The notes below the pieces were generated by a model. That model was given only the letters and a program-made list of their open reading frames with translations, was not told the origin of the DNA and made no database searches. A DNA stretch of 64,000 bases from Candidatus Hydrogenedentota bacterium. Its GTDB lineage: Bacteria; Hydrogenedentota; Hydrogenedentia; Hydrogenedentales; SLHB01. This document shows positions 9,189 through 20,281 of this stretch, in pieces (position 1 is the first letter of the stretch; each line of letters opens with the position of its first letter). The position numbers and the translations under genes were made by a program. Location of the stretch: the NCBI GenBank assembly GCA_963674865.2, contig CAXXYE010000004.1:416001-480000 (forward strand), read 5' to 3'.

Positions 9189-9474
9189 TAAGTGATTCCT
9201 TACGTATCTTCTTGTACTACAGATGGTTGTAAGATGGCGCGATTCGCGCGCATTGCCCTGGTGAAGGCGAGGGCCCGGCGCCTCAGCCCACGAGGAAGGG
9301 CGATGCTACCATGCTCATGAGAGGGGCTACAAACGCTAGCCGCTGCAACTGGAGGATTGTTCGGGCAGCAGTTGCTGTGAAAGGGCTGTGGGGCCGAGAT
9401 TGTCTGCGAACGAGGATAATGTCGCATGTAGGGCGAGGAGCCGAAGCTGCTAAACGGGAGCCGCCGACGTGGCA

Positions 9475-10242
9475 TTAGTCCACCGCATAGGCAAGGGCCA
9501 CGTAGCGAACGTCGCTATCTCCGTACTGTGCTTGACACTCGAGGGCGCCGTCGGGCTGCTTGAGTGCAATGCCGATGGCTAGATAGTAGGTTCGGCGTCC
9601 GAGGCGGACAGCAGCTGAATTGCGGGCTGTAAGCGAGTTGTTGCGGTCAACACGAGCGAGCCCCCGTACCTCGGCATCCTCCCCGAGCAAAGCAAGGAAG
9701 TGAAGTTCCTCGTCATGACGACTCACAATCGCCGTACCGAGCACGTTGCTCGGAGAAGGGTTGTTCTTGTCCACCAGGACATAGCGCCCGGCAAAGGTGC
9801 TTCTGCTCACGGGATGGGCCAGCGCCGCGTCGATCTCCGCGGGCGTCACGGGTTCTTCGGCGAGTCCCCGCCACAAGTCTTCGTAGAGCCCGGCCTTGTT
9901 CCCCTGCCAGTAGGAGCGTGCCTTAACATTCTCCCGCCCCTCGACGGATACGAGCATTTGGAGAATGTTATTCACGTTGAGAGCCACCCAGAGCAGTACA
10001 AGGAGGCCCAGCACAGCAACGGCCCGGGCCAACCAGGCCGACTTGGGTTGGCTCTCGGCCTCTAGGGTAGTACCTTCGGCGACGCGTCTCGCCCGCTGGT
10101 CGCGGAGATTATTCCCGCAGGTCTTGCAGAGCAAGGTCCCTTCGGGATTGACCGTACCACAGCGAGCGCACACGGCGTCCGCATCAATGGAGTCCCAGTG
10201 TTGCTCGGGCGCCGGGTGCGGAGATCCCTCGTCACCGTTCAT
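9475..10242 (-). CDS. Zinc-ribbon domain membrane protein, hypothetical
   Basis: CARCGTVNPEGTLLCKTCG followed by one TM helix. Confidence 0.7.
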   Translation of the reverse strand: MNGDEGSPHPAPEQHWDSIDADAVCARCGTVNPEGTLLCKTCGNNLRDQRARRVAEGTTLEAESQPKSAWLARAVAVLGLLVLLWVALNVNNILQMLVSVEGRENVKARSYWQGNKAGLYEDLWRGLAEEPVTPAEIDAALAHPVSRSTFAGRYVLVDKNNPSPSNVLGTAIVSRHDEELHFLALLGEDAEVRGLARVDRNNSLTARNSAAVRLGRRTYYLAIGIALKQPDGALECQAQYGDSDVRYVALAYAVD

Positions 10243-10627
10243 TCGTCATTTCCTCATAATGCCATTGCGTTTGCGGCGAGAGTTGTCCTGCCGCCGGGGG
10301 CAAGGCCCGTGTCTGCCTAACCTTTCCTAATATTAGCACAGGTTCCACCAACTAATGAAATCCCATAGTGTCTCCATCGTATCGGTTGTTCCGCGAAAGG
10401 GCCAATCCCTCTGGCGTTTTCAGGCGGAAGATCCGCGTAGCCTTTTCTGGGATAACCACTTGGAAGATCTGGGTGTGTTGGGAGACGGGTTCCCCCGCCC
10501 AGAGAGCCTCGATCCGGGGGTGGGAGACAGAGCAATGCCGCCTTAGCCAGTTGCCCTATCTCGGCGGCTAGGAGCACGGCCACGTGAAACAACATTGGGC
10601 CTCACTCCGTGGGTATTTGAGGAGCGC

Positions 10628-12175
10628 TTACCGCTTGCATGCCGTCAGGCCGGGCCACGTATCCGTCCGGAACGGTGAGGCGGGGAGCCCGGCGCCGTTA
10701 TAGAGATTGCACTCCGGGTTATCGGCCCACGCGTACCTTACCGCCACCGGTTCGGGCACCTTGTCGGACCACACCACCACCTTATCGCCCTGGATCACGG
10801 CGTCGGCCCAAACAAATTCTCTGTCCAGTCCAGCTATAGCAAATCCCCTCAGTCGCTCACCGTTTTTGGCCACTAGGCCGCCGTTCGCGTGCTTGAAGAG
10901 CAGAATGATTTTTCCATCGCGGATGCGCATCGCGTGGTACAGCGGCCCTGAGAAGGCAACGTGTCGGCCGTAGGTTCTGTTCAGGGCAATGAGGGCAAGG
11001 CGCTTGCCGACATCTTGCTTGTTGCGCGGGTGAATGTCTTTCGCCTCGCCGATGTCGATGATGACGGCCATACCGGTGTTACGAAGGTCAAGCGTCATGA
11101 GTTGGGCCTCGCGAAGCTCGGCCCACGCGGATTCGCCCGGCTCCGGCTTGCGCTCAAGGAAATTCGCAAGTTGCACGAATAAGAAGGGGAAGTCGCCTTG
11201 GTTCCACGCTGCGCGCCAATCCTCTATCATGGCAGGAAACAGTTCACGGTACTGGTAGGCGCGACCGGCGTTCGACTCGCCCTGATACCAGATGGCCCCC
11301 TGGATGGCGTACGGCACCAACGGCGCAATCATGGCGTTGTAAAGCGACGCAGGGCGGTGTGGGTGGTCGAATCCCATGGGCCCCCACGGCCTGCGGGGCT
11401 TTGGTTTGCCCTCCTTTTCGGCCGCGGCCGCCTCTTTCTCCCATGCCTTCATCTTCTCGTCATGAACGGCCTTCGCGTGAGGATACTCGGCGAGCAACTT
11501 CGTCCATTTGTTGATGATTGGGGCGAAGCACTCCAGGGTGGGGAGGGTCGTCCACGACTCGGCGGGCGTGCCGCCCCAGGCCGTCTGGATGAGGCCCACC
11601 GGTACGTCCAGGGACGCATGCAGTTCTCGGCCGAAGAAATAGCCTACCGCGGAAAAGCCCGGAATGGTTCCCGGACAACAGACTTCCCATGAGCCGTTAC
11701 AGTCATCCTGTGGCGTGTCGGCCACCGTTCGCTCCACACTGAAGAGCCGGATTCTGGGATGGAATGCTGAGGCAATCTCTTGTTCAGCGTTGTTGGAGCG
11801 CTCGACTGTCCACTGCATGTTGGACTGGCCGGAACACACCCACACTTCACCCACGAGGACGTCACTGAGCGTTATGGGGCTGTGCTTGCCGTTGATGATC
11901 ATGTCGAAGGGGCCGCCCGCCGCCACGGGGGGAAGCTCGACCTCCCAGCGGCCGTCGGCCGCCGCCCGCGTGTCTTTCTGAACGCCGTGAAAACTTACCG
12001 TCACCGGCTCACCGGGATCGGCCCACCCCCAGACAGGCACGGGTTTGCCCTGCTGAATAACCATGTGGTCGCCAAAGACGCTTGGCAACCGCACCGCGGC
12101 GTCCGCGGGCAGGATGGCTCCCGCCAGAATGAAAACCGCGATGAGAAACGTGCAGGTGTAACGGTGTGAAGTCAT
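10628..12175 (-). CDS. Sialate O-acetylesterase family (SASA) protein
   Basis: Signal peptide; GEVWVCSGQSNM, WYQGESNA, DIHPRNK, VRYAWADNP. Confidence 0.9.
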   Translation of the reverse strand: MTSHRYTCTFLIAVFILAGAILPADAAVRLPSVFGDHMVIQQGKPVPVWGWADPGEPVTVSFHGVQKDTRAAADGRWEVELPPVAAGGPFDMIINGKHSPITLSDVLVGEVWVCSGQSNMQWTVERSNNAEQEIASAFHPRIRLFSVERTVADTPQDDCNGSWEVCCPGTIPGFSAVGYFFGRELHASLDVPVGLIQTAWGGTPAESWTTLPTLECFAPIINKWTKLLAEYPHAKAVHDEKMKAWEKEAAAAEKEGKPKPRRPWGPMGFDHPHRPASLYNAMIAPLVPYAIQGAIWYQGESNAGRAYQYRELFPAMIEDWRAAWNQGDFPFLFVQLANFLERKPEPGESAWAELREAQLMTLDLRNTGMAVIIDIGEAKDIHPRNKQDVGKRLALIALNRTYGRHVAFSGPLYHAMRIRDGKIILLFKHANGGLVAKNGERLRGFAIAGLDREFVWADAVIQGDKVVVWSDKVPEPVAVRYAWADNPECNLYNGAGLPASPFRTDTWPGLTACKR

Positions 12176-12241
12176 GATGCATCCCTTTCCCAGAAAGAGT
12201 CCCATTTGCTCAGGCCATTATTCCACGGATGCCGCCCATAC

Positions 12242-14266
12242 TCAACGCGCTTTCTCCGCTTCACGCGGCGTCTGGGCATAGCGAAGTGCGCGCCGGAAGT
12301 GTTCCGCCGCTGCCGTCTTTTCGCCTTTGTAGGCGGCATATATCCCCAGGTTCATGTTGGCGTCTACGTCCATCGCATCTCCCTCCAACTGGCTCTTGAA
12401 TTGCTGGAGAACTGCCGGGGTGAACATTTCGTCGGCCTTGTCGGGGCCAAATCCCAATGCCTGTGCGAAATGCTCGATGGCCGGCCGATGCTCCCCGTCG
12501 AGGAAGAACACCATCCCGAGGCCCGCGAGCCCGTTGGGGTGGTTGGGAACTAATGCCAAGGCGGCATGGAATTGCTCCTTCGCTTCTTCGAACCTGCCTT
12601 GGCCTGCTCTCACCATCCCCAGATTAACCAGCGCGTTGGCGTGATTTGAGTTAAGGCGCAATACCTTTTCGAGCGCCTCCGCCGCTTTGTCAAGGTCTCC
12701 TTGGATCATCAAAATGTTGGCCGTGTTGTTCAAGGCCTCAACACTATTGGGATCAATGGCGAGAGCATCGCGATAGTGTTTGAGGGCTTCCGCCAGGTGG
12801 CCCTGAAGGTACAGTGCCCTTCCCAGGTTGACGTGCGCCTTGGGATAGGTCGGCTCAATGCGTATGGCGTCGCGGAACTGTTCGATGGCCTCGGGGAGCC
12901 TCTCCTGGTCGACCAGGGCAGAGCCCAGGCCGTTGTGGGCCTTGGCGCTTCCTCCGGTCACGGCAAGAGCATGTCGGAAGAGCGTCTCGGCGTTGCGCCA
13001 AAATCCCACCTGCCGCCAGGTCATGCCTGCCGCCATTACTAGCGACAGCGACGCCGCGGTGGCCACCATGCCTCTTAGGCGGCGCCGCGATGCGACGAGG
13101 TCCGCCAGCCCCCAGGTAACAAGAATAAGGATGCCGACGGAGGGGATATAGGTGTACCTGTCGGCCATAGCTTGTCCCCCGACTTGTACGATGCCGATGA
13201 CGGGAACAAGCGTCCCGAGGTACCAGAACCAGCCTACCGTGAGGTAGGGTGCTCTTCGCATACGCCATAGGACGAGTCCCGTCACCGCGGCGAGCAGCAA
13301 ACCGGCCATTACGGCCTGCCAAGACAGCAGTGCTTCACGCGCATGGGGGTAGTAACACGCCAGATTCAAAGGCCACGCCATTTTCCCAAGATACGCGGCA
13401 TAGGCGACAAGTGCGTTGCCCACACGACTCGCCATTGGATAGCTCGCCACCGGGGCGACCGCACCGCCTTGGCGCTGCGCAAGAAAGGTTGCCACGCTTG
13501 CGCCGGCCGCCAGCGCGAAAAGAGGAAGCTTCTCGACGATCACTCGCGACAGCGTCCGGGGGAGGGGCGCCTCACCAACTCGCCTAAGAGGCCAGTAGTC
13601 CAGCAGCAGCAGCACGCAAGGCAGTGTGACGAGCATGGGTTTCGCCATGAGTCCCAGCGCCAGCGACACGGTGACGAGGGCGTAGCCAAAGACAGTGCGT
13701 TTCCGCGCGTACGCACCGTACGCCAGCATCGTGAGCATCCAGAAGAAGGCGCTGAGCACGTCCTTTCGCTCCGCCACCCACGCCACAGACTCAGCGCGCA
13801 GAGGATGGAGTGCGAAGAGGGCTGCTACGAAGGCGCTGCGCCAGCGACAGCCCGTTGTGTTTCGCAGGAACAGGAAGAGAAGGACGGCGCTTGCCGCGTG
13901 GAGAAGGACATTAGTCAAATGGTGGCCGCCGGGCGTCTTCCCGAAAAGGTCGATGTCGAGCATCAACGACATCCAGGTCAGCGGGTGCCAATTCGCGCAG
14001 TAGCCGGTTTTCAACGCCCAGAGGATGCTTTGGGGCGATAGCCCGCCGTGAATATGGTAGTTGTCGACGATATAGGCGCGATCATCGAAGTCGACAAAGC
14101 CGAAGTCCAGCGTCTGGCCAAAAACCAGAGCAACCGCAAAGATTAATCCCACAATGATGAGAAGATCTTGTCGCGTAAGGCGTGGGGGAGAAGAGCCGGG
14201 AAGGTCTCCCGGCTGACGAATACCGTCCTTTGGTGGATGCATTCTCAAGCGTTTACTAGACCTCAC
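12242..14266 (-). CDS. Multi-TM plus TPR protein, TMTC-like putative O-mannosyltransferase
   Basis: FDD, WHPLTWMS, HPLRAESVAWVAERKD, ADRYTY motifs; C-terminal TPRs. Confidence 0.8.
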   Translation of the reverse strand: MRSSKRLRMHPPKDGIRQPGDLPGSSPPRLTRQDLLIIVGLIFAVALVFGQTLDFGFVDFDDRAYIVDNYHIHGGLSPQSILWALKTGYCANWHPLTWMSLMLDIDLFGKTPGGHHLTNVLLHAASAVLLFLFLRNTTGCRWRSAFVAALFALHPLRAESVAWVAERKDVLSAFFWMLTMLAYGAYARKRTVFGYALVTVSLALGLMAKPMLVTLPCVLLLLDYWPLRRVGEAPLPRTLSRVIVEKLPLFALAAGASVATFLAQRQGGAVAPVASYPMASRVGNALVAYAAYLGKMAWPLNLACYYPHAREALLSWQAVMAGLLLAAVTGLVLWRMRRAPYLTVGWFWYLGTLVPVIGIVQVGGQAMADRYTYIPSVGILILVTWGLADLVASRRRLRGMVATAASLSLVMAAGMTWRQVGFWRNAETLFRHALAVTGGSAKAHNGLGSALVDQERLPEAIEQFRDAIRIEPTYPKAHVNLGRALYLQGHLAEALKHYRDALAIDPNSVEALNNTANILMIQGDLDKAAEALEKVLRLNSNHANALVNLGMVRAGQGRFEEAKEQFHAALALVPNHPNGLAGLGMVFFLDGEHRPAIEHFAQALGFGPDKADEMFTPAVLQQFKSQLEGDAMDVDANMNLGIYAAYKGEKTAAAEHFRRALRYAQTPREAEKAR

Positions 14267-15753
14267 CGACGCTCGCGCGCCCAGCGTTCCATGCGTCGAT
14301 CCTCGTGGCGCATCCGCCAGCGCAGGAGATGTTGACAGTACTCAGCCACTTTGGCTGCGTAGGCCGGGTCGGCGGCGCAATTGTGAAACTCGTTTGGGTC
14401 GGCCTTCAAATCGAATAAGAGGGGGGGCATGTCTTTCTCGCCGAATTGCACATATTTGAAGTCGTTATCCCGCACCACCCATAAGATGCACTCGTCGGGA
14501 TTGACGCGCGCCTTCTCCTCGGGCTTCAGGGAGTAGTGGTAATAAAACTCGTAGTGGATGCGCTCGCGCGGCTTCGCTCCGGGCAGTCCGTGGAGCATAT
14601 CGAGCACACTCCGCCCCTGGAAGCGCTCGTGGGGCGGCAGACCGAGGAACTCACAAATGGTCGGGGCGGCGTCAATCGATTCGCAGAGGCCGTCAAAGCA
14701 CTGCCCACGGGTCGCATCCGCTCGGTGCGACGGATCGCGCACCACCAGCGGCACGCGCATGGCCGCGTCATAGAAGTGCGCCTTGTCTCTCAGGTAGTGA
14801 TCGCCCAGTGCCTCACCGTGATCGGCCGAGAAGACAATGAGCGTCGAGTCCCACTGGCCCGTGTCTTTCAATGCCTGGAATACACGCCCCAGACAGGCGT
14901 CGAGCTCGGAGATCATGCCGTAGTAACATGCCTGAATCTGTCGTAGTTCAGCCTCATCCTCGAGCTTTGGCCAGCTATTGACGGCGAACCTGCCGAGATA
15001 CGGATGGGACGCAGCAAGTTCTTCGGGCCGGCGCGTGGGCGCGGGCATGGCCGCGGGGTCATACATGGCGTGGTAGGGAGCGGGGCAGATGAAGGGAGGA
15101 TGGGGCTTGACGTAGTTGAGGTTAAGGAACCAACCTGTGCCGCGATTCTCCTCGATGTAATCGACGGCCTTGGTCGTGATGAACTGTCCTTCACTGTCCT
15201 CGGCCTTGTAGTGGGCGGGGTGGCTGCATGGCAAGCGATCGGCGGGAGCGTCCTCCGGCGCGTCTGGCGTGCAGATGGCTTGACGGTTGCACACACTTTC
15301 CGGATAGCCTTTCTGCCGAAGGTAATTGAAATAGGTGGGCGATGAAAGGCAATGCTCGTAGACGAAGTCAAGGCCGGGAAGGAAGTTGTCCTGGCCGACG
15401 ACCGTCTTGCGCCGGTGGCCTTCGGGGAGGATGCGCGGGTCGGCGGGGTAGTCGTTGAATCCGAGGGAGGCTGTCGGAACACCCTGGTTCTTGAGGTGCA
15501 TGGCAAGGTTATCTTCGGCGTCCACCAAAGGCGTTCCGTTATCCACACATCCCGTTGAGCACATGTACCGGCCCGTGAATATGGCCATGCGGCTGGGGGC
15601 GCAGGGCGTTGCCTGCACGAAGCACTTCTCGAAAAGAACGCCCTCGCGGGCCAGGGCATCGAGATGAGGTGTTTGAATCAGCGGGTTGCCCGCCGCCCCG
15701 ATGCAGTCCGCGCGGAATTGATCGGCAAGAATGAACAGCACATTCTTCTTCAA
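14263..15753 (-). CDS. Sulfatase / phosphonate monoester hydrolase-like protein
   Basis: NVLFILADQ, CAPSR formylglycine motif, KPHPP, ADHGE; TTG start at 15753 with SD AAGGAG. Confidence 0.85.
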   Translation of the reverse strand: MKKNVLFILADQFRADCIGAAGNPLIQTPHLDALAREGVLFEKCFVQATPCAPSRMAIFTGRYMCSTGCVDNGTPLVDAEDNLAMHLKNQGVPTASLGFNDYPADPRILPEGHRRKTVVGQDNFLPGLDFVYEHCLSSPTYFNYLRQKGYPESVCNRQAICTPDAPEDAPADRLPCSHPAHYKAEDSEGQFITTKAVDYIEENRGTGWFLNLNYVKPHPPFICPAPYHAMYDPAAMPAPTRRPEELAASHPYLGRFAVNSWPKLEDEAELRQIQACYYGMISELDACLGRVFQALKDTGQWDSTLIVFSADHGEALGDHYLRDKAHFYDAAMRVPLVVRDPSHRADATRGQCFDGLCESIDAAPTICEFLGLPPHERFQGRSVLDMLHGLPGAKPRERIHYEFYYHYSLKPEEKARVNPDECILWVVRDNDFKYVQFGEKDMPPLLFDLKADPNEFHNCAADPAYAAKVAEYCQHLLRWRMRHEDRRMERWARERR

Positions 15754-15879
15754 GACACAGCTCCTTGCCCAGGGATTATTGTTGCCGCTATGCATACTGT
15801 ATGGAGGCAGGTATAAGCAACTTCGCGACGGCGGGGGAATGGAAAGCCTGAAGATCCGGACGGGCGCCCCGGGCAAGGA

Positions 15880-16710
15880 TCAGGCGCGGAAATCCTCCTG
15901 GTGCTCGGACACGTACACGCGTAGGCGTTTCATAACATCTTTCTCAATCTGCCGGATCCGTTCCCGGGTCAGACTGAACTCGCGGCCCGTTTCCTCAAGG
16001 GTGTGCGCCTTTCCGTCCTGAAGGCCGTATCGGTAGCGGATGATCTTCGCCTCACGCTCCGTAAGCTGTCCCATCAACTCGTCCATCTCCTGATCCACTT
16101 CGATGCGCGCGATGGCTTCGTTCATCTGTCGGGGCTGAATGCTTTCCGGGATGCCGCGTCCATCCTCGGTGGAGGTGCTTGCCATGTTGCTCAGGGGGGA
16201 GATGTCATCCACAAAAGCCTGGAGCTTTCGCGCCTCGGCCTCTTTGATGCCCATTTCCTCGGCGACTTCTTCCGGGCCCGGGTGTTTTCCGGTGCGAATG
16301 TAGAGGTCCTCGGCGGTTTTCTTGTAGCGGGAGACGTTGTCCGTGACATATACGGGTATTCTCACGGTGCGTCCATGGTTCGATAGCGCCCTGGTAACGG
16401 CTTGTCGAATCCACCAGGTCGCGTAGGTAGAGAACTTGCAGCCGCGGTCCGGATCATAGCGTTTGACGGCCTTCATGAGGCCAAGGTTGCCTTCCTCAAT
16501 GAGGTCGAGCAGGGGAAGGCCATAGTAGAGGTATTTCTTGGCGATGCTGACGACGAGGCGGAGGTTGGACACGATCAGCCGGCGCCGCGCCTCGGCATTC
16601 CCCGCCCTAATCTCTTTGGCCAGGCGGACTTCCTCGCTTGTCGAGAGCAAAGGAATCCTCGAGATCTCGGCCAGGTACGTGCTGAGGCCGTTCTCTCTTA
16701 CATCAAGCAT
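15880..16710 (-). CDS. Sigma-70 family factor, RpoD/RpoS-like, lacking region 1.1
   Basis: [43 protein letters not shown]; only 276 aa. Confidence 0.9.
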   Translation of the reverse strand: MLDVRENGLSTYLAEISRIPLLSTSEEVRLAKEIRAGNAEARRRLIVSNLRLVVSIAKKYLYYGLPLLDLIEEGNLGLMKAVKRYDPDRGCKFSTYATWWIRQAVTRALSNHGRTVRIPVYVTDNVSRYKKTAEDLYIRTGKHPGPEEVAEEMGIKEAEARKLQAFVDDISPLSNMASTSTEDGRGIPESIQPRQMNEAIARIEVDQEMDELMGQLTEREAKIIRYRYGLQDGKAHTLEETGREFSLTRERIRQIEKDVMKRLRVYVSEHQEDFRA

Positions 16711-16714
16711 AGGT

Positions 16715-17617
16715 TTACCTCAGTAGATACTTCGGCACAAGTGCGCCGCGGCTCAAGCGCCCTTTCCCGGCGGGAACGCCGAGCCGCTCCAGCATGCTCA
16801 ACAGGGACATGGGCTCCCTGCCTTTTCGGATGATGCGGGGCTCCCCTTGAATTCCCGCCCTTTCGGCGGCATAGCGCACGGCCTCATCCAGGCCGCCGAT
16901 CTCGTCGATCAGGTTGAGCTTGAGGGCCTGCCGCCCGGTGAAAACGCGCCCATCGGCAATGGACAGTACCTCCTGGCGGGGCATTTGGCGCGAGTTCTCG
17001 ACGGCCTCAACGAAAATGTCGTGATAGTCGGCCACGAGTTCCTCGAAGTGGGCGCGTTGCCGCTCGGTGAGGGGGGCCGCAAGGGAGCCGGCGCCTTTGA
17101 ATTCGCCGCTGGTGATTTGCTCGAACTTGACGCCGATGCGCGCAAGCAGTTCCGCGGCGGAAGAGTACTCGAGAAGCACGCCGAGACTGCCGGTGAGGGA
17201 ACTCTTATTGGCAAAGATGTGATCCGCCGCAAGGCACACATAATAGCCGCCCGAAGCGGCTGTCGGCCCCATCGAAGCTACGATGGGCATCTCATTCTCT
17301 TCGCCGGCCTTCTTGATGGCGTTGTAAACCTCCTCAACAACCGAGATGACGCCGCCCGGACTGTCCACGCGCAATACCAGCGCCTTCGTATTCGGATTGC
17401 CTACGAGGGTCTCCAGCTGGGCGAGTAGCGGCCGTTCATCATAAAGTTCACCTTCAACATCCAGGACGGCCACGCCGGGCCCGTAAGGGAGTTCGTAGCC
17501 GCGTATCGCCAACACAAGGCCGCACGCGGCCACGAGAAGGGCCACCACCATGGTTAACGCCAGGGCGCTCAATACAATGCAGCCCCATCCGGTGCGTTTA
17601 TTGCGCTCAGTACTCAT
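16715..17617 (-). CDS. sppA: Signal peptide peptidase SppA (S49)
   Basis: [27 protein letters not shown]. Confidence 0.92.
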   Translation of the reverse strand: MSTERNKRTGWGCIVLSALALTMVVALLVAACGLVLAIRGYELPYGPGVAVLDVEGELYDERPLLAQLETLVGNPNTKALVLRVDSPGGVISVVEEVYNAIKKAGEENEMPIVASMGPTAASGGYYVCLAADHIFANKSSLTGSLGVLLEYSSAAELLARIGVKFEQITSGEFKGAGSLAAPLTERQRAHFEELVADYHDIFVEAVENSRQMPRQEVLSIADGRVFTGRQALKLNLIDEIGGLDEAVRYAAERAGIQGEPRIIRKGREPMSLLSMLERLGVPAGKGRLSRGALVPKYLLR

Positions 17618-17977
17618 GTCTCTCCTTGCCGTCTCGGGCCATTCTATCCAACACCCGACACCCCTTCAACCATTTCGGGCGACGTCAACTGTCTCATGCG
17701 CGGAACTCTGCATGCGGGGGCGCGTCCAAGCGTTTCCGCTGCTATGAGATACAACCTATGCCGCATTCTATGCAGCATGATACCTCGACTATTGATCCTA
17801 GGCCGATGCATACGGTTGCCCGCCGGGTTCCAGAACGGATCCGGGATGAGGAGCGGCCCTAGCTGTTGTGTTCCTCGTGCATGCCGAAAAGTGTAGAAGC
17901 CAAGGCTTGCTGTACTTCCGCGTATGAGTTCTCGGACTAAATTGCCCGTGAGCTGGAGGCAGGAGACACGGTGTGCT

Positions 17978-19576
17978 TCACTTTGGCCGCTCCAGCCTCT
18001 GGCCGAGGGCCAGTAACCGCGGCCGAAGTTCGTCATACGGTAGCGCCTGGACAGGGACATCTTTCAGAACCGCCATTGCCGCGGCCACGCCGGCCGATTC
18101 TCCGAGGATCATCCAGACGGGTTCCATTCTGATTGATGTCATAGCGATGTGGCTTGCTGAACAGCACACGGGCACCAGCAAGTTTGCGCATTCTTCGCGA
18201 AATGGTGTGATGGACTCGTAGGGGATCTTGTAAATGCCGCGATGGCGGGCATCTAAGTAGAGAATGGAGAACTCGCCGCCGCTCAGGGCAACCTTGCCGT
18301 CGAGGGCTACCGTTGCGTACGGCCAATCGTCCACACCATAGGAGGCCAAGCCGACAGAATGGGGGGGATCGGTCTTTCCCTCGAGATCCCTTTGGGTGAG
18401 CACATACGAAGACACCATGCGGCGCGCTTCGCGCACGTATAACTGGTGCGGCCAGCCGTTGGTATCATCGAACATGCCTTGCTGGAACGTCACCTTGGCT
18501 GCAAGTGCCTTCAACTCGGCCGGGGGCGACGGATCCGTGCGGATGAAATGTGTCAGATTGCGGAAGAAGTCCTGTTGAGACTTCCATATGTTCGCCCGCA
18601 CGGCGCAGTCGCCGTCCGGGTAATCGGCATTACTGCCATATACTGTTGTCGTCAGCAGCGAGCGATTCATATTGCCGAAGCCAACGCGATACAGTCTGCC
18701 GTTGTCTTCGCTTATCTCACCAAGTGTGCGCATCTTTCGCGCGCGAAGGAGGTCAAGGCCCCCAGCAAATCCTCGTCGGTAAAGCTCGAACTGCGCCGGG
18801 TCATAGTCATCCGTAGGTGTGATAGGGAGTCCGTCGCCGCTCATATCAAATTTGTAGCGGAACGCGTATCCCATCGTCAGTCCGTCCGCGCTTCCGAGTG
18901 GCCCGATCTTTCGATCCTGCAGGAGGGGGAGAAGTCCGCTGGCCGGATCGCCGGGGACGTTGTAAGAATCGATGTCATAGAGCCACAAATGCGGCCGCAC
19001 GCCGGCGAGTGACTCGCCATAGTGTTGTGCCGATTCCCGCCCGAATGAGTAGGACACACCGCTCGCGGCCATGAGGTCGCCTTCATAAGAGCAGTCGATG
19101 TAGACCTTTGCTCGAATGGTCACAGCATTGCAGGTTTCCGGCTCGGCAACCGGACAGCCGACGGCATCGGGCGGGGCGTAATCGAGCGAGATAGAACGTA
19201 TCGACTCGCCATCGCCGTGAACCGCGCTCAGGCGGTGCTCATAGAGCACTTCGATGTTGTGTTTGGCCACGAGATCGCCGAATACGCGGCGGTATTCCGC
19301 ATTGTCGTACTTGCGCTCCAGGATTGACAGCGATGAACCGCCAACGGCCTCTTCCCGCCCCCAATCAATATGGCTTATCCCGCCGCCCGTCATGCCTCCG
19401 AGCCACCGACTCGGCTCAACAATAAGTACCTTGCATCCTTCCAGCGACGCTGCGGCAGCCGCCATAATGCCGCTGGCGGTGCCGGCGTAAATGCAGATTT
19501 CCACTATGTGTTCGCATGGCACGTCCGTGTTTGTCGCTGTTGGAGACTCTTTCTGCGAGAGATCTGTGTCGGCCAT
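17978..19576 (-). CDS. FAD-dependent oxidoreductase
   Basis: IYAGTASG, LGGMTGGG, IDCSYEGDL, YVREARR, SASHIA.SIRMEP. Confidence 0.85.
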   Translation of the reverse strand: MADTDLSQKESPTATNTDVPCEHIVEICIYAGTASGIMAAAAASLEGCKVLIVEPSRWLGGMTGGGISHIDWGREEAVGGSSLSILERKYDNAEYRRVFGDLVAKHNIEVLYEHRLSAVHGDGESIRSISLDYAPPDAVGCPVAEPETCNAVTIRAKVYIDCSYEGDLMAASGVSYSFGRESAQHYGESLAGVRPHLWLYDIDSYNVPGDPASGLLPLLQDRKIGPLGSADGLTMGYAFRYKFDMSGDGLPITPTDDYDPAQFELYRRGFAGGLDLLRARKMRTLGEISEDNGRLYRVGFGNMNRSLLTTTVYGSNADYPDGDCAVRANIWKSQQDFFRNLTHFIRTDPSPPAELKALAAKVTFQQGMFDDTNGWPHQLYVREARRMVSSYVLTQRDLEGKTDPPHSVGLASYGVDDWPYATVALDGKVALSGGEFSILYLDARHRGIYKIPYESITPFREECANLLVPVCCSASHIAMTSIRMEPVWMILGESAGVAAAMAVLKDVPVQALPYDELRPRLLALGQRLERPK

Positions 19577-19996
19577 AACCTCTTTCTCTTGTTTGTTCCG
19601 TTCAATAAGAATTTCGTTGGCTATTCTACAAAAAGCCGGGCAGAGCACACACGCCAGTCCGTCCCGTGGCTTGTTCCTTCCGAATAATGAGCCATCCCCC
19701 CTTTGAGGTGAAGAGTGTGCCCTTCGAGGATCCTCTTGATGCCACCATTTAATCCATACTGCCTGTCGAAGGCGGTTTAGAGATCAGTGTGCAACTGCAT
19801 ACGTCCCACTTGGAGGGCACGGGCTTATTCCAGCGTAAGGCTCGCGTGACCACGAGTCTTGGCGAGGCCAATTGGCTTTACGCCTGCCGTCTGTAGTGGC
19901 TTGTATTTGGGGCTTACAAATGCTATGCTAGGCAAGTCTTCTGCTGAAGCAGCTCGTCCGATGGCATGCGTTGAGAAGACCGGGAAAGGGGTAGCC

Positions 19997-20281
19997 ATGA
20001 AGAGCAACCTGTGGAACACAGCATCGATTGTTGTTCTGTTGATCGGTGTGGCCGGTGTGCTTTGGCAGGATCGAGGCATCGTCGCGGTGAACATGGCCGT
20101 TGCCTTCGTTATTGGCGCCATTGCCTTTGCCCAGCACATCCGCAGAGTCCAGCGAGTTGACGAGGATGGCGCCGACTCTGTTCGCTCCGTGTCGACAGGA
20201 CTGATTGGCGACATATGGGGATTCGTTCTCCTCACGCTGGTGGTCGGCCTCGGGCTGTGGGCCGTGTCACGTCTGGGATAG
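19997..20281 (+). CDS. Small membrane protein, hypothetical (3 TM)
   Basis: SD AAAGGGG before ATG 19997; three hydrophobic segments. Confidence 0.55.
   Translation: MKSNLWNTASIVVLLIGVAGVLWQDRGIVAVNMAVAFVIGAIAFAQHIRRVQRVDEDGADSVRSVSTGLIGDIWGFVLLTLVVGLGLWAVSRLG

Noticed and set aside
10341..10350. GGTTCCACCA, like a tRNA or tmRNA 3' end
   Set aside because: No T-arm (TTCGA) or acceptor stem upstream
10395..10556. TAGCCAGTTGCC resembles the 3' end of a c-di-GMP-I riboswitch
   Set aside because: The upstream GGCAAA/GAAA/GACGCAAA elements are missing and the orientation is antisense to both flanking genes
10576..10591. parS-like sequence ACGGCCACGTGAAACA (weaker matches near 6710 and 50672)
   Set aside because: Only the right part matches TGTTTCACGTGAAACA; no full palindrome was found despite parAB being in the window
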